Virus record (IMG/VR): IMGVR_UViG_3300045988_022071
From: a virus
Reading direction: 5' to 3' (one strand)
Length of the DNA: 17,781 nt
The translations under genes were made by a program, and so were the position numbers. This document shows, piece after piece, positions 6,942 to 15,080 of the stretch. The notes under the pieces are model-generated. The model ran no database searches. It saw only the letters and a list, made by a program, of their open reading frames with translations, and was not told the DNA's origin. The first letter of the stretch is position 1. Each line of letters begins with the position of its first letter.

Positions 6942-7891
6942 CACAACACACCTCCGATACCCGCGTCATATGAAACGGGCATATCGACATCCGTCGTACC
7001 GCTTGCGCTTGAATCAAGCGCGTTGGGCACGCCGGAGCTTTGCGCATCCGCATACTCGACCCACACGTTCAACTGCGGCCACAATCGGTTAATCTCGGTC
7101 GCCGCCGTCTGCCGGGCTTTGAGAAAACTCAGACGGAACACGTCCACCTTCTCATTGGCCTGCGCCACCTCATCCGAAATGAGACGTTCCTTCTTCTCCG
7201 TACCACTGGACTGGATGCCCAAATATCCCAGCACCTCGTTGGTCACCTGCGCCTTTTGCTGGATGAACTTGTCCAACAGATACGGCGTGGTGTTGGGCCA
7301 CGGCTGGAACATGCTGCCGGGGTCCAACGAATCGTAGCCGATAATATAGTCCTGACCGTCCTGCCGCTGCTGCAGCATGTTCTGGACGGTGAGCTTGGTC
7401 CGGGGGTCGGCGGTGATGATGGTCGGCAGCTTCAGGCTCTCCAGATTCACGTCGTACGCCTTGTCGATGTCCGCGAGACGCCGCGCATACTGCCATAGGA
7501 TGTCCTTGAACGACATGCGCATGCGGTTGTCCCAGATGGGAATGCATTCACGGCCCGCCTTAAGCTGCCTGTAATGGTAGTTGACGCCCACCGGCTCGAA
7601 ACACGTCGGATTGTTGTATACGTTCAGTCGGCCTTGGTATCCGGCCTGAGTCACAAGGAACCGGCCTATGCGCCCGTCCTCGAAGAAGAGGGCGCACCCG
7701 TATTCGCACAGACACATTTCAAGCCATCGTTCGTCCACCGTCGGCGGCAATCCACGCCAGCTGAATCGGTTCAGCGCCAGCTCTTCCAACAGATGAAAAT
7801 ACATGCAGTCGAGGCCGGCGGCACGTGCCTTCGCATAATTGCCGCGAGGGTGCAACGCGCCGCCGACCCGGTTCTTCTTAGACCTACTCAT
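6941..7891 (-). CDS. Head-tail connector / portal (upper collar), phi29 gp10-like
   Basis: 316 aa. Colinear with remembered phi29 gp10. 'FSWRGLPPTVDERWLEMCL..YG' parallels 'FEWENLPPTINPSFLEKSI..FG'. 'LGIQSSGTEKKERLISDEV' parallels 'LGIKNANLEKKERMVTDEV'. The N-terminus is basic ('MSRSKKNR'). Confidence 0.9.
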   Translation of the reverse strand: MSRSKKNRVGGALHPRGNYAKARAAGLDCMYFHLLEELALNRFSWRGLPPTVDERWLEMCLCEYGCALFFEDGRIGRFLVTQAGYQGRLNVYNNPTCFEPVGVNYHYRQLKAGRECIPIWDNRMRMSFKDILWQYARRLADIDKAYDVNLESLKLPTIITADPRTKLTVQNMLQQRQDGQDYIIGYDSLDPGSMFQPWPNTTPYLLDKFIQQKAQVTNEVLGYLGIQSSGTEKKERLISDEVAQANEKVDVFRLSFLKARQTAATEINRLWPQLNVWVEYADAQSSGVPNALDSSASGTTDVDMPVSYDAGIGGVL

Positions 7892-7903
7892 GACACCATC
7901 ATA

Positions 7904-10204
7904 TCACTCGTAACCGATACCCGGCAATGGGTCATTGTCCGCCCAATCGGTCACGCCGATATACTCGGGCCTATCCCACACGGTCACGCCACGTTCGAAC
8001 ATGCCCTTGATGGCCAATCGCGCCTGTTCGGGCAGCGTGCCCCGAACATAACATTCCTGCATCTGCCAGTACGTGAACTTCTCCATGCATTGCAGACTTG
8101 AGGGCGGGGTGATGAACCGCTGGACGAAATACCCGAACCGCAGCATGAACTCCCCGACGCTGCGCAACGCGCTGGGGGCGCACGTGCGGAAACGTACCAG
8201 CACGCCCATGATGCCGTTGGCGAGGTTGAACGAATCGCCGCCCGCCGCACCGCTCGTGGTCGGTGGGGTCATCTGCATTTGCTGCACCTGCGCATTGATT
8301 CCCGCTATCGTGTTCTCATAATCGCCCTCGGCGAAGCGCGTGGCCAATCGATAGTTCTGCCCGGCCATAAGGGCGCTGGAAGTGCCCTGAATCTGTTGGG
8401 CGCGTTGCGCGTACGAGTTCGCCTGTGAGGTCTGCGCCGCATTGGTCGCCACGCTGTTGGCCGTGTTCGCCGCCGCCGTGTCGTTGGCGATGTCACGACT
8501 GGCGCGCAGTCCCGTATTGGTGATGCCGTTCTGTACGATTCCGCCGACGGTGCCGCCGACCAGTCCGGCCACGTTCCCCGACATGAGCGCGCTGCCGGCA
8601 TTGGAAACGAGCCCCCACGCGGTCTGCGCGTTGTTCTGCGATATGTTCAGGTCGGTCATGGCGTTGGTGTTCGCCTGTCCGATGGCCAGCGACTGGTTCA
8701 GCGAGTTGGCCGCGATGGCGTTCAACGCATTCCGGTTGGTGACGCCCAGTTGGGTCATCTCCTGCTGGGTGCGAATCGACGTGCCGGCCTGAGACAATGC
8801 GTTCGCGGCGCTCATGGTCGCCTTCTGCTGGGCCCACCCGGCCGACTGCTCGGCGTAGGCGCGGCTGTAGGCACTGTTGGCCATGGCAAGCGAGGCCCCG
8901 TTGTTCACCACCATGAACTGGGGGAAGTTGGTGATGCCGAAGCTGACGTTCAGCATCTCCCCCCCGTCAATCGGCAACCCGGCTCCGTTACCGGACGGGG
9001 AGTCGACCGTAGCCGCGCCAGCCGTATTATAATCCACCGGGTAGAAGTTCAGACGCGGTGACGGCGGCGCGTAATTCCATGTTTCGCGGATGACCAGATC
9101 ATCGGACTGGATGTCCTCGGGCCGATAGACGACGTTGGAGCCGTTCAAGCATGAGCATTCCACGATGCTGTACGGGTAGCACCGCAGTTTCCTCAGATTG
9201 CGATACCGGCTCGGAATGTTGAAATTATCGCGAAAGTTCCTGATGGAGACGATGTCGTCATACCGGTTGTCGCTCCTGGCCTCCCACACGAACGTGTATA
9301 CGTGGCCCTTGATTATGCCGGCCATGCCGTTTCCGAAGAATTGCGTCACTTCGCGACCCGCGTCGGCGACATAGTCGGCGCTGATTTTCGGTATGGCGTA
9401 AATCGCCGTGATGCCTTGAGTCACCCACGGGAACGAACTGCCCGCCTGCATGACGCGCGCAAAATCGTCGGCGGTATCGAAATAATAGATTCCCGCACCA
9501 TTGGATTGATTCTCGAATTGCGAACCCTGCGCGGTCTTCAGCGACGGCTTCTCGGCGCTGCCGCCCGACGCCACAAGGTCGGTCGTGGCTACGACGATGA
9601 CGCCGTAATCCAAGGTCGGCGAATTGAATCCGGGCTGCGCGGGCTTGCTGGATATCAGCGCCTTGTACAACTGGGAGGAGACGACGGTTTCCGCACCGGT
9701 ATCCAGTCCCTCCGGCAGCGCAAGCGTGGTACGCCCGTAATCGTCCCACTGACGCTCGTTGGCCACGCCGATATGCCCGCGCGTCACATAACAGCTGCCA
9801 AACGTCACATCATGCTGAAAGCTCTGCCACACATCCAGCATAAGCGTGAGCTGTGTGGTGTGCGCGTTGACGTATTCCACGGATTCGATGAAATAATACC
9901 ATGTCCGCGGAGCTTCCAGCTCGGGATAATCGTTGACGGCGACAAGGTAATTGTAGTTCGACGCCTGATTGAATGGCACGTCGATGCGTACGGGCGCGCC
10001 GAAGATATGCATGGTGGCCGAACGGCATTCCATGCCATCCAACCCGTCGAACCATTCCCGCTGCGTCTCGCGTGAAGCGAACCGCACGATATCGCGATAG
10101 CTCGCATCCCACGGCACGTGGCAAAGCTTCAACATGGTGTTGGGCGTCCACTCCGCCCACGAAAAACTGGATTCCACGTAGGGATTCACGTCATCAATCA
10201 TCAT
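7904..10204 (-). CDS. Tail knob / distal tube protein, phi29 gp9-like, with enlarged pore-forming loop region
   Basis: About 766 aa. The N-terminus ('VPWDASYRD...WF', 'W.YF.ESVE..N...T') and the C-terminus ('FMLRFGYFVQR...TYWQMQECYV.G...GVTVWD') are colinear with phi29 gp9. A central Q/N/A/S/G-rich insert contains a Gly/Ala-hydrophobic stretch. RBS GGAGGA lies at 10207-10212, so the start is the ATG at 10204 or 10201. The track's TTG at 10222 lies inside a hairpin. Confidence 0.85.
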   Translation of the reverse strand: MMIDDVNPYVESSFSWAEWTPNTMLKLCHVPWDASYRDIVRFASRETQREWFDGLDGMECRSATMHIFGAPVRIDVPFNQASNYNYLVAVNDYPELEAPRTWYYFIESVEYVNAHTTQLTLMLDVWQSFQHDVTFGSCYVTRGHIGVANERQWDDYGRTTLALPEGLDTGAETVVSSQLYKALISSKPAQPGFNSPTLDYGVIVVATTDLVASGGSAEKPSLKTAQGSQFENQSNGAGIYYFDTADDFARVMQAGSSFPWVTQGITAIYAIPKISADYVADAGREVTQFFGNGMAGIIKGHVYTFVWEARSDNRYDDIVSIRNFRDNFNIPSRYRNLRKLRCYPYSIVECSCLNGSNVVYRPEDIQSDDLVIRETWNYAPPSPRLNFYPVDYNTAGAATVDSPSGNGAGLPIDGGEMLNVSFGITNFPQFMVVNNGASLAMANSAYSRAYAEQSAGWAQQKATMSAANALSQAGTSIRTQQEMTQLGVTNRNALNAIAANSLNQSLAIGQANTNAMTDLNISQNNAQTAWGLVSNAGSALMSGNVAGLVGGTVGGIVQNGITNTGLRASRDIANDTAAANTANSVATNAAQTSQANSYAQRAQQIQGTSSALMAGQNYRLATRFAEGDYENTIAGINAQVQQMQMTPPTTSGAAGGDSFNLANGIMGVLVRFRTCAPSALRSVGEFMLRFGYFVQRFITPPSSLQCMEKFTYWQMQECYVRGTLPEQARLAIKGMFERGVTVWDRPEYIGVTDWADNDPLPGIGYE

Positions 10205-10219
10205 CGTCCTCCGGTATGA

Positions 10220-10260
10220 CAAGACCCGGAACGCTCACGTGGGTCACGTTCCGGGTCTTG
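10220..10260 (-). promoter_or_regulatory. Strong stem-loop (14-bp perfect stem) between the capsid and tail-knob genes
   Basis: CAAGACCCGGAACG (10220-10233) pairs with CGTTCCGGGTCTTG (10247-10260) around a 13-nt loop that contains CACGTG. No U-tract follows. The tail-knob RBS begins 8 nt downstream on the mRNA. Confidence 0.6.
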
Positions 10261-10280
10261 ACTTGCATCACACCGTGAGA

Positions 10281-10302
10281 GAGTGTGGCTTAAGCCACAC
10301 TC
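10281..10302 (-). promoter_or_regulatory. 22-bp perfect palindrome (hairpin) 8 nt after the major capsid stop codon
   Basis: GAGTGTGGCTTAAGCCACACTC is its own reverse complement. It could form a 9-bp stem with a UUAA loop. No U-tract follows. Confidence 0.6.
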
Positions 10303-10310
10303 CCATTATA

Positions 10311-12047
10311 TCACTTTCCGCTGACCACGGTCACGCTCTGCTTGCCGGACACGCCGAACAGCGTGGCGGTAATGCCGGAGGTGCCGGCCGCGACACCGGT
10401 GACGGCACCCGACTCGGACACCGTAGCGAACTCCGGCATGGCGGAAGCCCAAGCGGCCTGCATGGTCACGTCAGCCTTGCGTCCGTCAATCATGGTCGCC
10501 ACGGCAGTCGCCCGTACCGTCTTACCCGCAGCCACCGCCGGGACCGTAACGGCAATCGACGCGATAATGGACGGATTGAAGCCGATGACGCCATCGCCGA
10601 CCACCGACACGTCCAATGCGGCGGACACGGTGCCCGGCACCTCCGGCGTCTTGGGGCTGGTGTACAGCGCGGTGGCCGTGACCGGGATGATGGTATTCGG
10701 TTCGTCAAGGCCGACGACCAGCACGCCGGTAGGCGAGATGTACGTGTAATCACTCTTGGGCTTCGCGGTATCACCGATGGCATACCTGACCGCATCCGAA
10801 CGGAACGTAGCCGTGCCGTCATTGGTGATGGCCGTATCCGCGGTGACCTGCACCGCGCCGCCACGAGCCACATCGACCGGAGTCTTCGAACCACCGCCGT
10901 ACATGGCCAGCTTAAGCTGGAACGTCGGCGCCTTGGCCGTGGTATCGGTCGGGGCCACCGTGTCCGCAGAGGAACCAGCGCCGGTCCAGAACATCACGGC
11001 CGGGGCGAAGCCGGACACCGAGACGATGTGCTGGACATGCAGATAATGGTTGACCGAGTTGATGTTCACCGGGTTCGTCTGCTGGGTCATCTCGTTGATG
11101 ACGGGAATGTCGATGAGGAACTTATCGGTGGTGAGAATGGCCTGCACGCCATCCATGCCGAACCGGTCCTGCGGGATGACGATGATTCGGTCAATGGTCG
11201 GCTCGGCGTCCGTCCGCTGGAACACCGTGGCCAGACCCTGTACGTCAAGCGCCGACTTGACCTCGGGCGAGCAGAACAATACGAGCTCGTCGGGGCGGGC
11301 GAACGTCGGCATGTGCCGCGCATTGTATCGCGTACTGACGAACTTCAGCGTATCGGCCCACGCGCGAATCTGCCTCAGCATGTCGCGCGCGTCGGTTTCT
11401 GAACTGCCCATGTTGTTGAGGTCATTGGCCATATGGACACGCCAATAGCCGCCGAGCTTCGCATACTCGACGAACTGATGACACATGGCCTCAAAAAGGT
11501 CGACTTCGGCCGCGTTGTAGCACGAGGTGAGAATCTGCGAGGTGAGCGACGCCAGGCCGTTTTCGGACGTAAACGCACGCTGCAACGTCCTGTCGTCCGT
11601 GGTGGCCGGATACCAGTGGGCAAAATCCAGCCGGTGATACAGCGAATCGACGTCGACCTTCCACTTGCGGAAGTTATCCGCGCCGAGATATTCCGCATTC
11701 GGGTCGTACACTTGCGCCAACGGCATGCCCACGGCAATTTCCTGCCACGTATCGCCATACGCCTGCGAGGCCCGCTGGAAAACGCTCAATGGGTTGTTCC
11801 ACCGCCATGTGTTGACGTACGTGCCACCGATACGGTTGACCAGCGCCGAGTAGAACTCGTTCTTAAGCTGGGTGCTGGACATGAGCGTGGCCATCTGCCT
11901 GTCCATGTTCATCTGGGTAGCGGAGGGCATGCGCCGTTGATATTCAGGAGACGCCTCGTTACGAATCATGTTCAGAATCTGGGCGTTGTTGAATTCGGTG
12001 AGCGGCCTGAGCTGCTGCTTCGGCGTCACCACGGGGGTAGTTGACAT
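10311..12047 (-). CDS. Major capsid protein, phi29 gp8-like, with C-terminal tandem Ig-like (Big_2-type) domains
   Basis: 578 aa. 'ILNMIRN', 'NEFYSALVNRIGG', 'NNPLSVF' and 'YNAAEVDLFEAM' parallel phi29 gp8 'IVNAIRN', 'NDFITSLVDRIG', 'NNPLKKF' and 'YNSAEVDEYEYM'. The last ~85 aa fit a Big_2 pattern ('ATVSESGAVTGVAAGTSGITATLFG...SVTVV'). RBS AAGGAG sits 7 nt upstream. Confidence 0.9.
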   Translation of the reverse strand: MSTTPVVTPKQQLRPLTEFNNAQILNMIRNEASPEYQRRMPSATQMNMDRQMATLMSSTQLKNEFYSALVNRIGGTYVNTWRWNNPLSVFQRASQAYGDTWQEIAVGMPLAQVYDPNAEYLGADNFRKWKVDVDSLYHRLDFAHWYPATTDDRTLQRAFTSENGLASLTSQILTSCYNAAEVDLFEAMCHQFVEYAKLGGYWRVHMANDLNNMGSSETDARDMLRQIRAWADTLKFVSTRYNARHMPTFARPDELVLFCSPEVKSALDVQGLATVFQRTDAEPTIDRIIVIPQDRFGMDGVQAILTTDKFLIDIPVINEMTQQTNPVNINSVNHYLHVQHIVSVSGFAPAVMFWTGAGSSADTVAPTDTTAKAPTFQLKLAMYGGGSKTPVDVARGGAVQVTADTAITNDGTATFRSDAVRYAIGDTAKPKSDYTYISPTGVLVVGLDEPNTIIPVTATALYTSPKTPEVPGTVSAALDVSVVGDGVIGFNPSIIASIAVTVPAVAAGKTVRATAVATMIDGRKADVTMQAAWASAMPEFATVSESGAVTGVAAGTSGITATLFGVSGKQSVTVVSGK

Positions 12048-12069
12048 GATAATGCTCCTTTGCTAATGG

Positions 12070-12411
12070 TTATTCTTCGTAGAGGTCGTCGAATGTGCTG
12101 TAGGTGCCGTTATAGTCGTCGTCGGTCATCTCGGACGGTTCCGGCTCCTTATCGTCGTCGGGGCCGTCGTTCAGCATGTGTTCGGCCGCCGTGTCCCGCA
12201 TCGCCTCAATGGTCTTCGACAATTCGGCCACGGTCGCTTCGAGAGCGCTGAGACGGTTGGCCATGTCGGCGTTCTTATCGTCTCCCGCGTCCTCCGGTTC
12301 GCCATCGTCCTGAGCTTGAAGCTCCGGGTTCGGCGCATTGTCGTCGGCGGTCGCGTCCGGCTCGGTATCGGGCGCGGTGTCCGGCTTGTCATCGTTTTCG
12401 GCGTCGTCCAT
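12070..12411 (-). CDS. Scaffolding protein (phi29 gp7 analogue)
   Basis: 113 aa from the ATG at 12411, with RBS AAGGGG upstream. It is extremely acidic (D/E-rich ends) and has a central helical 'MANRLSALEATVAELSKTIEAM'. It lies immediately upstream of the capsid gene, as in phi29. Confidence 0.65.
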   Translation of the reverse strand: MDDAENDDKPDTAPDTEPDATADDNAPNPELQAQDDGEPEDAGDDKNADMANRLSALEATVAELSKTIEAMRDTAAEHMLNDGPDDDKEPEPSEMTDDDYNGTYSTFDDLYEE

Positions 12412-12431
12412 AATCACCCCTTAAGGTTAAT

Positions 12432-12459
12432 GGCCCGGCAGCAATCACACCGCCGGGCC
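12432..12459 (-). promoter_or_regulatory. GC stem-loop just upstream of the scaffold RBS, inside the 180-nt non-coding gap
   Basis: GGCCCGGC (12432-12439) pairs with GCCGGGCC (12452-12459), a perfect 8-bp all-G/C stem with a 12-nt loop. No U-tract follows. Confidence 0.55.
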
Positions 12460-12597
12460 GGGTTGCTAGGTTGTGCGGGTTCCCTCGCCGTCAATGGGCG
12501 TTGGCTACGCACGTCTACATCCGACCGAATCGCCTTACCGATTGCCTGTCGGTCGGGCCATCGAATCAGCTTGGGACGCACACCCCGCTACCGATGA

Positions 12598-14058
12598 TTA
12601 TAGCACGAAAGTATGGCCACTGTCATTACGATGGCGAGACCCCGGCAGAAACCGGTCATAAGAGATGGGGGCGGCGCGATGCACACCACTCAACCGCATC
12701 ACTGTGCCGCCGTCTTCCTCTACGCCGCAATATTTGCGATTGCCGAGAATACGAAGTTTTTCGTAGGTGTGGTCGTTCTTCCATGCGCCCAGCTTCCTGT
12801 CGTCCGTTTTGATTCCCGTGGGCGCATCCAGCCCCTCCAATATCATGCCGTCCGTGTCGGCGTAGAGCACACGTTCGGCGTTCGCATTCATTGCACGGGA
12901 GAGTATCTGCCGCCCGTAAGCGTTGACATAGGCGGCGGTCGGCAGCCATGCCAGTGAGTTGGTCGACTCGGGTCGTTCCACGGTAAAATCCACTCCGCCA
13001 TCCGTGGACGGCTTCGGATGCAGCATGGGCCGGTAGAGCGATGCCCCGAACTTCCCTACCAGCGAATTCAACAGCAGTTTCGCCATCTGCCTCCGTTCCC
13101 CGGTCGCGGTCTGCTTTACGCGAAACCACTTGTCCACATACTCACGGTAGAGGCCGTGCGACTTGCGGAATTTCCAGCCGCCGACATAGTCCCACACGTG
13201 GACGTCATAGTTTTCCGCAAGCGTCTGCCAATCCACATCCGTGACCGGCATGGTGACGACACCGAGCGTACTGTCCAAGCGTTCGCCCTCATACCCCCAT
13301 ACGGGCAAGATGTTGGTGAGCGTCGACGTCTTCCCCGTCTTCAGTTTTGCGTCAAACGCGACGACATCGATATGCAGCGGATAATCGTCATCATCTCGAT
13401 ATTCCCCGTCATACCATACGGGGGCACCTACCGGCATGGGCATATCGCACATGACGCTCGGATAAAGACTGTTTACGTCCCAGCTCCTGCAATCCCGGTA
13501 TTCACCCGGCTTGCTGTGTACTATCGCCCCATAGTAGGCGGGACGCATCCGGCGATAATCCTTCTTGTCCAGTGGTGGAAAACGGCGTTTGAACCCGGCA
13601 TAATCCCCGTCGATATAATCGGTCATCGCCATGGACGCTATGGTGGCGCCCCTGAGATTCAATGCGGCGCATTCCTGCGCGATGTTCCACGTGGTTTCCA
13701 AGTCGGAGGCTCCCCCGAACGTCTCACGTGAGACGTTTAACCCATCATCGCGCGTGATATTGCGCACGTCCAGAAAATCCACGGTGATGCCGCCCATACG
13801 CACGCGGAAACTGTAGAAGTGGCCGCGAATGTTGAACGTCCCCCATACGCCGTCCTTGCTGGGGTTCGGTTGCAACGGAAGACGTTTCAGTAGTTCGGCG
13901 GCTATGGGCTTGATATCCTGCCATCCGTGGGCACACCATACGCGCGTATGATAATCGAGCATGGTGAGACGGATGACGGCAGAGGCCGTTAACGATTCCA
14001 CACCGTCATCCGTCAATAGCGTTGCACCGTCTGTCGCCGCCGTTCGACGCTCTTTCAT
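12598..14058 (-). CDS. Protein-primed family-B DNA polymerase (phi29 gp2-like, DNA_pol_B_2 type)
   Basis: 486 aa. Motif A is 'WDVNSLYPSVM', motif B is 'KLLLNSLVGKFG', motif C is 'VLYADTDGMILEG', and the KxY region is 'LGNRKYCG'. 'WKFRKSHGLYREYVDKW' parallels phi29 'LKFKATTGLFKDFIDKW'. RBS AGGATGGAG. The gene is adjacent to the candidate terminal protein, and the genome has ITRs. Confidence 0.92.
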   Translation of the reverse strand: MKERRTAATDGATLLTDDGVESLTASAVIRLTMLDYHTRVWCAHGWQDIKPIAAELLKRLPLQPNPSKDGVWGTFNIRGHFYSFRVRMGGITVDFLDVRNITRDDGLNVSRETFGGASDLETTWNIAQECAALNLRGATIASMAMTDYIDGDYAGFKRRFPPLDKKDYRRMRPAYYGAIVHSKPGEYRDCRSWDVNSLYPSVMCDMPMPVGAPVWYDGEYRDDDDYPLHIDVVAFDAKLKTGKTSTLTNILPVWGYEGERLDSTLGVVTMPVTDVDWQTLAENYDVHVWDYVGGWKFRKSHGLYREYVDKWFRVKQTATGERRQMAKLLLNSLVGKFGASLYRPMLHPKPSTDGGVDFTVERPESTNSLAWLPTAAYVNAYGRQILSRAMNANAERVLYADTDGMILEGLDAPTGIKTDDRKLGAWKNDHTYEKLRILGNRKYCGVEEDGGTVMRLSGVHRAAPISYDRFLPGSRHRNDSGHTFVL

Positions 14059-14070
14059 AACTCCATCCTT

Positions 14071-15015
14071 TTAGTGTCGTGCTGCGCTGGTCATCCATTC
14101 GTCGATTCGCGTTTCCACATCACCTGCATCCGCTTTGGTCTCCCATTTATGCGCCTTATCATTATACCACGTCGCTTCACGCACCACGGCGCTAAAATTC
14201 GTGTTGTTCATCAGCCAGCGTTTTTGACGGTCGGACAAAGACGCGAATTTTTGCGCTACACTGGAGTCGAATGCCTCCAACTGCTGCTCGACTCTACCAA
14301 AATCCGTAGCCCCTTCGCTCTCGGGAATCCACTTGGTTCCCGCGCGTAGCGGCGCGCGTCCTACAAGCCCGGCGTACTCCAATATCTCCTGTTCGAGTTT
14401 CCCGCGGCCTCCGTCTCGTATCATCGCGCGCGCATGGCTTATGCCACGTTCCGTCCCGAATACGTTCGCTCGGCTCCGCGTGAGGTCGTCACGCGCTGAG
14501 CCGCCGACCGTATGAGTGCCCAGTACGTCGAACGGTGATTCGCCCGCGCGTTCCATCTCACGCACTTCGCCCACGGTATAGTAGGCCATGCTCAGCGCAT
14601 CGAATTGCTGAGCACGTTTGATTTTCCGCCGCGCCTCAATCCGGCGGCGCTGCTGCTGACGCAGCGTCTTCCGCCGTTTCGACGGAGCGTTGGCTATTTC
14701 CGCATCGGTAATCAGCGGTCGTACCGCCATCTCCCTGTCGAGTTTTGTAATCCGCACGTCGGGCACGACTTGATACGGTTCGTCATCCCGCGCCCTCAAG
14801 GCTTGCTGTTGTTCCCCGAATTCCTGTCCGATACGTCGCGTGACCTGTTCAAGCTGCTGGGCGCTGAGCTTTCCCAAAAACGTTTCCGTGATTTGCTTGG
14901 GGAGACGTCCGGTACTGTAGTCCCTTACCGCTCGCTCCTGACGTACCTGCGCTGACCTGATTGCGGCATTGCGTTTCAGATTGTTGGCGCGTCGGTTGGC
15001 TTTGCGTTTTGCCAC
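14071..15015 (-). CDS. Candidate terminal protein (phi29 gp3 analogue)
   Basis: 314 aa, GTG start with RBS AAGGAGAGG. The gene is directly upstream of the protein-primed polymerase, matching phi29 gene order 3-2. The N-terminus is very basic ('MAKRKANRRANNLKRN', 'KRRKTLRQQQRRRIEARRKIKR'), reminiscent of the DNA-binding N-terminal domain of the phi29 terminal protein. No clear sequence homology is visible by eye. Confidence 0.5.
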   Translation of the reverse strand: MAKRKANRRANNLKRNAAIRSAQVRQERAVRDYSTGRLPKQITETFLGKLSAQQLEQVTRRIGQEFGEQQQALRARDDEPYQVVPDVRITKLDREMAVRPLITDAEIANAPSKRRKTLRQQQRRRIEARRKIKRAQQFDALSMAYYTVGEVREMERAGESPFDVLGTHTVGGSARDDLTRSRANVFGTERGISHARAMIRDGGRGKLEQEILEYAGLVGRAPLRAGTKWIPESEGATDFGRVEQQLEAFDSSVAQKFASLSDRQKRWLMNNTNFSAVVREATWYNDKAHKWETKADAGDVETRIDEWMTSAARH

Positions 15016-15034
15016 AGCCTCTCCTTACGAGTGT

Positions 15035-15080
15035 AAAACACCCCCCCCCGCCGCAAGGATGGAAACGACGAGGGAGGGTG
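15035..15080 (-). terminator. Terminator-like hairpin containing a G9 homopolymer, between the SSB-like and terminal-protein genes
   Basis: In the minus-strand RNA, CACCCUCCC (15072-15080) pairs with GGGGGGGUG (15039-15047) and is followed by UUUU (15035-15038). The + strand has C9 at 15041-15049. The hairpin ends about 19 nt before the terminal-protein GTG. Confidence 0.45.

Noticed and set aside
10205-10222. TTG start at 10222 for the tail-knob gene
   Set aside because: It lies inside the 14-bp hairpin stem and upstream of the GGAGGA RBS (10207-10212). The ATGs at 10204 and 10201 are correctly placed.
10239-11402. 387-aa + strand ORF, with other long + strand ORFs (9302-10075, 13018-13731, 3732-4358, 11433-12044, 1905-2462, 7574-8101, 6768-7337, 5596-6051)
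   Set aside because: These are antisense shadow ORFs of GC-rich minus-strand genes that have clear homology. Their products are Arg/Gly/His/Pro-rich and low-complexity, with no recognisable motifs or RBSs.
12412-12597. A sigma70-type late promoter in the polymerase-scaffold gap (for example TTGACG at about 12488-12493 on the minus strand)
   Set aside because: No acceptable -10 hexamer lies at 16-19 nt spacing from any -35-like box that I could find. The region is reported only as structured non-coding sequence, not as a called promoter.
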